Below, one piece after another: positions 19,141 to 26,236 of a DNA stretch of 32,376 bases (position 1 is its first letter; each line of letters opens with the position of its first letter). The DNA is from a virus. The notes below the pieces were generated by a model. The model was not told the origin of the DNA and did not search any database. It worked only from the letters and a program-made list of their open reading frames with translations. A program made the translations under genes and the position numbers. The stretch is taken from the IMG/VR virus record IMGVR_UViG_3300029526_000003, positions 1 through 32,376 of that record; one strand, written 5' to 3'.

Positions 19141-19434
19141 ATGAAAATTAATAATATTGAGGTAGTTGGAAATAAATTTGCGTATGATGGATGTCATAAA
19201 ATATACATCATTGAAGACGAACAAGATGAGCAGAAAGCTATTGATTGTGGATATGAAATCATGAATATCTCTGATTTGATTGATACATATCGATATAGTT
19301 GCGAACTTAGATTTGTACGAAATTGGAAGCTTGATAAGCTATATGTTGGGCAGTATGAATATGCAACATTTGAAGATAATGGGAATACATTTGAATTTGC
19401 AAATGAATTTGATGAAGATGATGAATGGTATTAG
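19141..19434 (+). CDS. small acidic hypothetical protein (97 aa)
   Basis: TAGGAGGAA SD plus ATG; FAYDGCHKIYIIEDE motif; very acidic C-terminus (EFDEDDEWY). Confidence 0.6.
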   Translation: MKINNIEVVGNKFAYDGCHKIYIIEDEQDEQKAIDCGYEIMNISDLIDTYRYSCELRFVRNWKLDKLYVGQYEYATFEDNGNTFEFANEFDEDDEWY

Positions 19435-19446
19435 GAGGAATGGTAA

Positions 19447-19629
19447 ATGGCTTCAGAAGCAAAATTAAAAGCTAACGAAAAATACATCAAAGCAAATACA
19501 AAGACAATTTGTGTTCGCTTGAACTACAATACAGATAAAGACATCATGAATAAATTAGATGAAGTTGATTCTAAAATGGGGTACATAAAAGAATTAATCC
19601 GAAAAGATTTGCAGACTAAAAAAAAATAG
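19447..19629 (+). CDS. small basic protein, possibly ribbon-helix-helix DNA-binding
   Basis: TAGGAGGAA SD plus ATG. 60 aa; the pattern KYIKANTKTICVRLNYNTDKDIMNKL..GYIKELIRKDL resembles CopG/Arc-like proteins. Confidence 0.5.
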   Translation: MASEAKLKANEKYIKANTKTICVRLNYNTDKDIMNKLDEVDSKMGYIKELIRKDLQTKKK

Positions 19630-19638
19630 TCTGTTTTC
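19612..19638 (+). terminator. intrinsic terminator of cassette 1
   Basis: CAGACTA-A8-TAGTCTG hairpin plus TTTTC; overlaps the stop codon. Confidence 0.55.
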
Positions 19639-19721
19639 TTTAAAAGTTCTTTACATGTACATACATGTATGTTAATATATGTACTTAAAGTACACAGGAG
19701 GAAACAGAAATGACAAAACAA
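19634..19721 (+). repeat. promoter/operator/5'-UTR repeat, copy 2
   Basis: See copy 1; differs by small indels around the -10 element and in the GTACTT/AAGTAC spacer. Confidence 0.85.
19650..19678 (+). promoter_or_regulatory. sigma-A type promoter P2 of moron cassette 2
   Basis: TTTACA, 17 nt (same TACATGTA palindromes), TAATAT. Confidence 0.6.
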
Positions 19722-19889
19722 GAAATGGAAAAATTAAAAAACTTTGAAAGAAATATTAAGAAAATGGGAAACAAAGAGATAGTAATCATTCACAGTGGGT
19801 TAAATCGTAAAAGTATTACAAATCCCACAGAACTAAACGAAGCAGAATTGAAAATGGTAAAAAAAGAATTGTTAACAAGAATGAAATAA
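19710..19889 (+). CDS. small hypothetical protein (59 aa)
   Basis: Same AGGAGGAAACAGAA-ATG leader as 18776. MTKQEMEKLKNFERNIKKMGNKEIV... Below the track cutoff. Confidence 0.55.
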   Translation: MTKQEMEKLKNFERNIKKMGNKEIVIIHSGLNRKSITNPTELNEAELKMVKKELLTRMK

Positions 19890-19914
19890 GCGTACAAATG
19901 ATGTACGCTTTTTT
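19889..19914 (+). terminator. intrinsic terminator of cassette 2
   Basis: AGCGTACA-aatga-TGTACGCT hairpin plus TTTTT. Confidence 0.7.
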
Positions 19915-19915
19915 A

Positions 19916-19939
19916 TTGGCATATTTTTTGGCATATTTT
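19916..19939 (+). repeat. tandem TTGGCATATTTT x2 (candidate integrase arm-type sites, left)
   Basis: Two exact adjacent 12-mers; the same motif recurs at 20067-20089. Confidence 0.6.
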
Positions 19940-20066
19940 ATAACGAAAAATATATTACAAACCATTACGAATTATTACAAAATATTACATAAATAATATT
20001 TAGATTATGTATCTGTAATTATGGTATAATATATAAAAACCTATATATAAAGCATATATAAGAATA

Positions 20067-20089
20067 TTGGCATATTTTTGGCATATTCT
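20067..20089 (+). repeat. tandem TTGGCATATT(T/C)T x2 (candidate integrase arm-type sites, right)
   Basis: Direct repeats of the motif at 19916-19939, immediately upstream of int. Confidence 0.6.
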
Positions 20090-20154
20090 TTCATGAATTA
20101 TGGCTTTTTTTTATCCTTTTTCTTGTGTATGATGTAGAAAAAGAGGTGCAAGAA

Positions 20155-21252
20155 ATGGCAGTAAAAAAAGATGAAATAACAGGTAAATGGATGTATTACG
20201 GCTCGTACAAATTGAATGGAAAAACCAAACAATATAAGAAGCGTGGTTTTGAAAAAAAGAAGGACGCAATAAAAGCGGAGATTATCTTCAAAGAGAATTT
20301 AAAAGAACCAAATGCAACTATCACATTCAATGAATTATCTTATCAATATCAAGTATACTCTGAAAAGAGAATTAAAGAAAGCTCATACTTGACGCAAAGA
20401 GCTATATTGAAACTTTGGGAAGATAGATTGGGAGAATGTGAAATAAGAAAGATTACAACAAGTGAAGTTGAATCTGTAATAAATGAATTGTTGGAATCAA
20501 TGTCTTTTTCTACAATGGTAAATTGCTATGCAAAATTCAGAGCGGTTCTTAACTATGCAGTAAGACAAGGATATATTCAAGCGAATCCATGTAATAAGAT
20601 TGATTTGAAGAAAGATCCAAACGAAAAGAAAAAAGAAATGAAGTATTGGACAGTAGAACAGTTCAACAAATTTATTGTAAATGAAGAAAAAGAAGTATTT
20701 CATTTGTTGTTCACAAATCAATTCTACATGGGCATGAGAATAGGCGAAGCGTTGGCTCTGCAATGGAAAGATGTTGACCTTATTAATAATACTATAAAGA
20801 TAAGTAAAACGTGGTCAAACGCGCTGCGCAAGGCTACAACGCCTAAGACAAATAACAGTTATAGAACGATTACTATGCCACAATTCTTAGTGGATGAGTA
20901 CAAGATATTTAAAGAGCAGATACACGCAAATGCAGATGATTATATTTTCGGAACTACACTACCGTTCTATGTCAATAGGGTACAAGATGAATTGAAACGT
21001 GTAATCAGACTAACGAATATCAAGTTACAAAAGGATGAGCAGATACCTATTATTAGAACACATGATTTAAGGCACTCCTGCGCAAGTTATATGATTAATA
21101 ATATGGTAACAAATGGAACAGTGAATTTCTCGGTGTATGACATTGCGAAAAGATTAGGTGATAACCTTGATACAGTGCTATCAGTATACGCTCATTGGCT
21201 ACCTCAAGCCGATAAAGGTATTGTACAATTTATGGAAAAGAATGCCGAATAA
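20155..21252 (+). CDS. int: tyrosine recombinase / phage integrase
   Basis: AAGAGGTG SD plus ATG 20155. N-terminal SAM-like domain. Catalytic region MRIGEALAL, HDLRHSCASYMI and LSVYAH (R..H-x-x-R..Y). Confidence 0.85.
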   Translation: MAVKKDEITGKWMYYGSYKLNGKTKQYKKRGFEKKKDAIKAEIIFKENLKEPNATITFNELSYQYQVYSEKRIKESSYLTQRAILKLWEDRLGECEIRKITTSEVESVINELLESMSFSTMVNCYAKFRAVLNYAVRQGYIQANPCNKIDLKKDPNEKKKEMKYWTVEQFNKFIVNEEKEVFHLLFTNQFYMGMRIGEALALQWKDVDLINNTIKISKTWSNALRKATTPKTNNSYRTITMPQFLVDEYKIFKEQIHANADDYIFGTTLPFYVNRVQDELKRVIRLTNIKLQKDEQIPIIRTHDLRHSCASYMINNMVTNGTVNFSVYDIAKRLGDNLDTVLSVYAHWLPQADKGIVQFMEKNAE

Positions 21253-21284
21253 TCCCTTTTAAAAGGGTATAGGAGGTATTTATT

Positions 21285-21413
21285 ATGAACAAGGAAGAAT
21301 TTGTGGAGTTAATTGAAAGGATGATGAATGAGTTGGACGAAAAACAAGTTAAAAAGGTGTATGATTATACTCAAAGAATTTGGATAAATTCCACAGAGAA
21401 AAAGAGCGATTAA
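21285..21413 (+). CDS. small hypothetical protein (42 aa)
   Basis: TAGGAGGT SD plus ATG. MNKEEFVELIERMMNELDEKQVKKVYDYTQRIW...; ends at a bidirectional terminator. Confidence 0.45.
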   Translation: MNKEEFVELIERMMNELDEKQVKKVYDYTQRIWINSTEKKSD

Positions 21414-21426
21414 TTTCGCTCTTTTT
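21401..21426. terminator. bidirectional terminator between convergent genes
   Basis: AAAGAGCGA-ttaatt-TCGCTCTTT hairpin flanked by A and T runs. Confidence 0.65.
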
Positions 21427-22033
21427 ATTGCAATGTAACTGAATTAACTGTTATAGGGTGAGAATGCATTCTATCCCAATTTATTCTTACGTCAAAGTTG
21501 TATACTTGACCATTTGATTCGGCTTGAGATTTAACTGTAAATATATCTTCTGCTCGTCTATAATACCATTCTGTATAATCAGAAAATGTACATTGAGAAC
21601 CTACCTTTTCATTAACTGCATTTTGAACAGTATCGACAAGAAATTCTCTATCAGAATCAACTATATATTGGTCGGGTATTTTTCTATATACTTCTCCATT
21701 TTTGTATAGAATATAATCATCTTGAGTAACTAACTTAACTTTTCCTTTTTTAATTGTAGTTGTGTAGTAATTTTCATATAAGTAGCATGTAGTGATTACA
21801 TTACCTTCGTGTCCTGTTACTGTCACAAGGCTTTTTTTAACGCCGAGTTTTTTCATCACTTTATATAAAGCTTTCATATCTTTTTTTGAGATTTTATATT
21901 TTTTTAAATCTTTTGCAGTAGTTTCATATTGTATATTATTATCAAAACCATATACATTTACAGGCATAAATAATCCTAAACATAATATAAATGCAATGAC
22001 GATTGAATATCGTCTTTTTTTATTAATTTTCAT
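21425..22033 (-). CDS. secreted hypothetical protein (signal peptide), lysogeny module
   Basis: N-terminal KKRRYSIVIAFILCLGLFMPVNVYG signal-like segment. Co-oriented with the repressor gene and overlapping its 3' end. Confidence 0.6.
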   Translation of the reverse strand: MKINKKRRYSIVIAFILCLGLFMPVNVYGFDNNIQYETTAKDLKKYKISKKDMKALYKVMKKLGVKKSLVTVTGHEGNVITTCYLYENYYTTTIKKGKVKLVTQDDYILYKNGEVYRKIPDQYIVDSDREFLVDTVQNAVNEKVGSQCTFSDYTEWYYRRAEDIFTVKSQAESNGQVYNFDVRINWDRMHSHPITVNSVTLQ

Positions 22034-22394
22034 TGTCTAATTCCTTAATGATTCCATAAATGAAATCTAATAACCTTTCTTTTGTTTCTTCGCTTGATTT
22101 TAAGTAAGCCTTAATTAATGGCTTTTGGTTTGGGTTGATTTGGTATTCTTCTATGAGTTCGTCAATCGTGTTATCCGGCAATTCTAGAAACATATTGCCT
22201 TTACCCTCAGTTAGCCAAAAGTAATCAACATTATATTCTTTACAGATTAATTTGATTGTTTGGTCACTAGGATTGTTTACACCTTTTTCAAGGTGGTTAA
22301 CACTGCTTCGAGTTATACCAATCTTCTTTCCGAATTTCTCCATGCTTAGGTTCAAGTTAGACCTAATCGCATATATTCTTTCTCCGATTGTCAA
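22023..22394 (-). CDS. XRE-family HTH repressor (CI-like)
   Basis: (M)TIGERIYAIRSNLNLSMEKFGKKIGITRSSVNHLEKG is a classic HTH_3 domain. TTG start 9 nt after GGAGG. Divergent from the early operon. Confidence 0.8.
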   Translation of the reverse strand: MTIGERIYAIRSNLNLSMEKFGKKIGITRSSVNHLEKGVNNPSDQTIKLICKEYNVDYFWLTEGKGNMFLELPDNTIDELIEEYQINPNQKPLIKAYLKSSEETKERLLDFIYGIIKELDNEN

Positions 22395-22411
22395 AGTACA
22401 AAACCTCCTTC

Positions 22412-22447
22412 ATATACATGATATCATGTGAAAAAAAAAATGTATAT
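22412..22447. promoter_or_regulatory. operator-like palindromes in the immunity region
   Basis: 14-bp perfect palindrome ACATGATATCATGT (22416-22429), nested in the inverted repeat ATATACAT...ATGTATAT; an A10 tract lies between. Confidence 0.5.
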
Positions 22448-22465
22448 CAAAGTTACAAAAAATAC

Positions 22466-22494
22466 TTTACAAAGTAGAGTTAATTTACTATAAT
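22466..22494 (+). promoter_or_regulatory. early rightward promoter (PR-like)
   Basis: TTTACA, 17 nt, TATAAT: near-consensus. Confidence 0.7.
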
Positions 22495-22551
22495 GTGTAT
22501 GTAAGTTACAAAACAACACAAAACAACACAAAAAAATGGAGGACACAAGAA

Positions 22552-22818
22552 ATGACAAACGAAGAAATTATCCAAAACACAAAGAAAACATTAGGAATGG
22601 GAGAATTTGAACCATTGCACACTTTCCAAAAATGGAAAGAAATGGGATTCAAAGTTAAGAAAGGTGAGCATGCAGTAACTTGTACAAAGTTATGGAAACC
22701 TAAAGCAAATAAATACACAGACACAAACGGAGAAGAAAAAGTTGAAAACAATTTCTTCTTAGCAAAAGCTTACTTATTCAAGTTTAATCAAGTTGAAAGA
22801 ATAGCTACTACAAATTAG
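22552..22818 (+). CDS. ArdC-N-like (DUF1738-like) small protein, first early gene
   Basis: TGGAGGA SD plus ATG 22552. TFQKWKEMGFKVKKGEHAV...LFKFNQVE resembles the C-terminal half of the ArdC N-terminal ssDNA-binding domain. Confidence 0.45.
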   Translation: MTNEEIIQNTKKTLGMGEFEPLHTFQKWKEMGFKVKKGEHAVTCTKLWKPKANKYTDTNGEEKVENNFFLAKAYLFKFNQVERIATTN

Positions 22819-23022
22819 TCGAAATAAGCCGAAAAGCTTATCTGCTAGAGATGACCTACTAGCACTGATGATGACAGGTCAAAAAGAAAGATGGTGAAAC
22901 AATACTAGACAAGAGAATTTTTGAAGCCTTAGGCGAGCTACAAAAGAAAGGCTATGAGCTTTCAGAGTTTCATCAAGGATATATCGCTTGTATCTTAGAT
23001 GAATCGAAAAGAGGTGAGAAAA

Positions 23023-23202
23023 ATGACTAGAACATATTTCGTAACCTTCGACGTAACTGCAAATGTTACGTTCGAAGTTGAAGCACATGATGAAGTTGAA
23101 GCAAAAGAAATTGCTAATCGATTAAATGTTAGAGATTTACAAGAGGTAAACGAAATTAATACTTGTGAATCTAGAATGGAGGTGTACGCAAGTGATTATT
23201 GA
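23023..23202 (+). CDS. hypothetical protein (59 aa)
   Basis: AGAGGTGAG SD plus ATG 23023. The track start 22999 lacks an SD. Confidence 0.55.
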   Translation: MTRTYFVTFDVTANVTFEVEAHDEVEAKEIANRLNVRDLQEVNEINTCESRMEVYASDY

Positions 23203-23446
23203 TTACAAATCATATTTAAATAAAGACGATTTGGTAAAGGTGTTTGATATGAGCAAATATTCAAAAGAACACCAAAGACACCAATCAAGCAAGATTATGA
23301 AAGCAGTAAAAGAGTTTTATAAAGAAGAAACAGGTACTGCTTGGGAAGATACATTTGTATATAGAAATGTTAATCAGAATGTAATTCCGACAGAATATTT
23401 CTTGAAGTGTTGCCCCGAAGCCAGAAAATCATTTAGAAGGAGCTAG
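23192..23446 (+). CDS. hypothetical protein
   Basis: GGAGGTG 23178-23184 plus 7 nt gives GTG 23192. The track start 23165 lies inside the SD region. Confidence 0.55.
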   Translation: MIIDYKSYLNKDDLVKVFDMSKYSKEHQRHQSSKIMKAVKEFYKEETGTAWEDTFVYRNVNQNVIPTEYFLKCCPEARKSFRRS

Positions 23447-23448
23447 TT

Positions 23449-23679
23449 ATGCAAGATATAAGAATGAATGCAATACAAGAGGATGAAATGGATTTAAGCA
23501 TTTATCCATTTAATCCAAAACGAATACATTTAAGCAAAGAAGAAAAAGAGATACGCAGAGAAATGGCGTATCAAAAAATAATCACAACAGGAATTAACAT
23601 TATGTTATTCGCAACAATCGTGATTCTACTTATTTCAATAGCTTGTTTAGGTAAGTCGTATGCAATGTTATTTCTATAA
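23449..23679 (+). CDS. small membrane-anchored hypothetical protein
   Basis: GAAGGAG SD plus ATG; C-terminal TM helix. Confidence 0.55.
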   Translation: MQDIRMNAIQEDEMDLSIYPFNPKRIHLSKEEKEIRREMAYQKIITTGINIMLFATIVILLISIACLGKSYAMLFL

Positions 23680-23777
23680 AAAAGAGGTGCGCACTCGACA
23701 AAGCACGCACACACAAGAAATGACGTTCTTAATTTAAGAACACATACATTATAGCAGATTAAAAGGAGAAACGGAAG

Positions 23778-24419
23778 ATGGAAGAAAAGAAATCAGTATT
23801 TGAAACATTGAATAGTATTAATGTTCAAGACAAAGTGGAATCTAAAAATGGATTAAGTTATTTATCTTGGGCATTTGCATGGGGTGAGGTTAAAAAGAAA
23901 TATCCAAACGCACAATATAAGATTTATGAACGTGGAACAGATTTCGGCCCTATCAATTACTTTACAGATGGTCACACTGCTTGGGTTAAGACAAGTGTAA
24001 CCATTGAGGGACTAGAACACATTGAAGAATTACCTGTAATGGATTACAAGAATAAATCAATCACACTTGATAAATTAACTTCATTTGATGTAAATAAAGC
24101 GATTCAAAGAAGCTTAACAAAAGCAATCGCTCGTCATGGTTTAGGTTTATACATTTATGCAGGTGAAGATTTACCGGAGGAAGATAAGAAAAAAGAACTT
24201 GAACCAAAAGAAGAAACTGTTAAGAAATTTATTTCACTTCAAACTGAAATGAATGAATTAGGAATTGACTTTAGAGAACAATATGCAAGTTGGATTCTTA
24301 AACATTCACAATGTGAATCACAAGATTTACAGAAGTTAAACGAACCTCAGTTGCAATCCACAATTAAAGCTTATGGAACATTAATTAAAGGCTATAAAGA
24401 AAAGATTGCGAGGGCATAG
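23778..24419 (+). CDS. single-strand annealing protein (Rad52-like / DUF1071, Sak-type)
   Basis: LSYLSWAFAWGEVKKKYP...PVMDYKNK...NKAIQRSLTKAIARHGLGLYIYAGEDLP matches the DUF1071/Sak pattern. Confidence 0.65.
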   Translation: MEEKKSVFETLNSINVQDKVESKNGLSYLSWAFAWGEVKKKYPNAQYKIYERGTDFGPINYFTDGHTAWVKTSVTIEGLEHIEELPVMDYKNKSITLDKLTSFDVNKAIQRSLTKAIARHGLGLYIYAGEDLPEEDKKKELEPKEETVKKFISLQTEMNELGIDFREQYASWILKHSQCESQDLQKLNEPQLQSTIKAYGTLIKGYKEKIARA

Positions 24420-24421
24420 AA

Positions 24422-24715
24422 ATAAAGAAACGAGATAAGTCAATCTTACAAAAAGACATGTCTAAATGCTACATATGCGGTTCAACTTTAGATTTACATA
24501 CACATGAAATTTACTTTGGAACTGCTAACAGAAAGAAATCAATTGAGCATGGTTGTTATGTAAGATTATGTGCTAGACATCACAACATGAGCAGTGAAGG
24601 AGTACATTTCAATCACAAATTAGACATGAAGCTTAAAAAGGAATGCCAACAGGCATTTGAAGAAGAACACACAAGAAATGAATTTATGAAGATATTTCAT
24701 AAGAATTATTTGTAG
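24422..24715 (+). CDS. Cys/His-rich (HNH/zinc-finger-like) phage protein
   Basis: CYICGS...HTHEIYFG...LCARHH motifs. GAGGG 24410-14 plus 7 nt gives ATA 24422, with an in-frame ATA 24416 that overlaps the SSAP TAG. ATG 24458 lacks an SD and removes KKRDKSILQKD. Confidence 0.55.
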   Translation: MKKRDKSILQKDMSKCYICGSTLDLHTHEIYFGTANRKKSIEHGCYVRLCARHHNMSSEGVHFNHKLDMKLKKECQQAFEEEHTRNEFMKIFHKNYL

Positions 24716-24724
24716 GAGGTAAAT

Positions 24725-24955
24725 ATGCATTCATACAATGTTATCACGAATCAAGAATCATACCCTAGAGAAGTCTATTATTCTCAAGCTAAAAGGATTG
24801 AAGAGCTTGAAAACTATATTATGGATGAAAACTTTAATCCGTATCAAGATTCATGGACGGATGTAAAGAAAATGGAAGAATTGGGAATCACAGAAGAACA
24901 AAAGCAATTGTTCAGACTTCAGAAATTTGAAGAAATGGAGCGAATTCCATTTTGA
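24725..24955 (+). CDS. hypothetical protein
   Basis: TAGGAGGT SD plus ATG. Confidence 0.6.
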   Translation: MHSYNVITNQESYPREVYYSQAKRIEELENYIMDENFNPYQDSWTDVKKMEELGITEEQKQLFRLQKFEEMERIPF

Positions 24956-25491
24956 AAACAAAGTTGATTGGCAATTACTTAAGGAAATCTAGAAATGAGG
25001 ATGGAAACCTAGAAATAACATTTGAATTAACTGAGCCAATATACGAATCATACGCTCAGACGCTCGAAAAAGGGGCATATAGCGTGATTATAGATTCAGT
25101 TAAACATTTACGCACGAACGAACAAAATCGGCTTATGTGGCATTTAATAAAGGAAATATGTAGTAATGAAAACGCAAGCTATAACGATACGTGGGATATG
25201 TACTGCGAATTTCTGAGAATGGCAAAACAGAAGTATACATATGTTTCAGTTTTGAAAGATGGTGTTGATTCGTTGGCTCAAGCTCATGGAGTTAGGGCAG
25301 TTCAAATATTGGGTACTGAGATAAGAGACAATGGAAATGAATTTGTGAATTGTAGATTGTTTCTAGGTAGTTCACAAATGGATACAAAGCAAATGGGAGT
25401 ATTAATTGACTGCATACTGGATTATGCAGAACAATTAGGAATCAATACCAAATATTATTTAGATAAAGGAATCAAGGGGGAAGAAAAATAA
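24952..25491 (+). CDS. ninB: NinB/Orf-like recombination mediator
   Basis: RTNEQNRLMWHLIKEI and LGSSQMDTKQMGVLIDCILDYAEQLGI parallel lambda NinB (RSLDQNRKLWA...; GQSTSRM..EFAELLE..). TTG start overlaps the upstream TGA. Confidence 0.55.
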   Translation: MKTKLIGNYLRKSRNEDGNLEITFELTEPIYESYAQTLEKGAYSVIIDSVKHLRTNEQNRLMWHLIKEICSNENASYNDTWDMYCEFLRMAKQKYTYVSVLKDGVDSLAQAHGVRAVQILGTEIRDNGNEFVNCRLFLGSSQMDTKQMGVLIDCILDYAEQLGINTKYYLDKGIKGEEK

Positions 25492-25856
25492 AGTTTGTAA
25501 TAAAAGGAAAACTAGATGGATTGAATGAATACGTAAACGCTTGTCGTGCAAATCGCTATAAAGGAGCAGAAATGAAGAAAAAGAATGAGCGATTAGTTAT
25601 GGCTTATATCTTACAGGCAGTAAACTTTGGTGAAATTTACGAAGTTAAGAACTACCCAATTAAATTAAATATCAATTGGTATGAACCGAATTCAAGGCGT
25701 GATGTTGATAACGTAACATTTGCAACTAAATTCATTCAAGATTCATTAGTTAGAACAGGAATTTTAGAGGATGATTCAAGGAAATACATTAATCAAGTGA
25801 ATCATTCAGTATTTACAGATAAGGAGAATCCAAGAATAGAGGTAGAGATTTTATGA
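25488..25856 (+). CDS. rusA: RusA-family Holliday junction resolvase
   Basis: (I/M)KFVIKGKLDGLNEYVNACRANRYKGAEMKKK...RRDVDNV..KFIQDSLV..GILEDD. GGGGG 25476-80 plus 7 nt gives ATA 25488, overlapping the ninB TAA (ATAA). The track's TTG 25521 removes the conserved N-terminal strand. Confidence 0.7.
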   Translation: MKFVIKGKLDGLNEYVNACRANRYKGAEMKKKNERLVMAYILQAVNFGEIYEVKNYPIKLNINWYEPNSRRDVDNVTFATKFIQDSLVRTGILEDDSRKYINQVNHSVFTDKENPRIEVEIL

Positions 25857-26236
25857 GAGAGAAAGAAATGGCAGTAAACGTAGCAAAGCAAATTTACTTT
25901 GATGAATTCAACTTGTTTTATCAAATTGTAGAAAGAAGCAAAGGAGATACAAATTCAAAGGATGTATTTAATGAAGCGTGTACAGTTCATGATATTACCG
26001 AAATGTTTATTTACAGATTAACAGGATGTAATGGTTTAAATGAATGCATAAGCTATACAAAAGATGGATTGAACAAAGAAAGATTGATAGCAATATACAT
26101 GGTATTAGAAGAAGATGGCGGACATTTCAATGATGAGCAATTAAAATGCTATATAGAATACACCGACAAGATTATTGATGAAATCCTAAAGCAAGTCGTA
26201 GTACTTGGTGGAGGTGAGCAAAATAGCAGTAATTAG
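25853..26236 (+). CDS. hypothetical protein
   Basis: ATGA overlap with the rusA stop. Confidence 0.55.
   Translation: MREKEMAVNVAKQIYFDEFNLFYQIVERSKGDTNSKDVFNEACTVHDITEMFIYRLTGCNGLNECISYTKDGLNKERLIAIYMVLEEDGGHFNDEQLKCYIEYTDKIIDEILKQVVVLGGGEQNSSN

Noticed and set aside
437-26225. The ATA starts might be G-to-A base-calling artefacts at ATG, for example if the DNA carries 7-deazaguanine modifications.
   Set aside because: Not fully excluded, but unlikely. Dozens of ATG starts are intact, including in the same local context (AGAATGGCA at 4773 against AGAATAGCA at 3996). The errors would have to hit only the third base of about 12 start codons. The genome also encodes a tRNA with the exactly complementary UAU anticodon. 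Re-sequencing would settle it.
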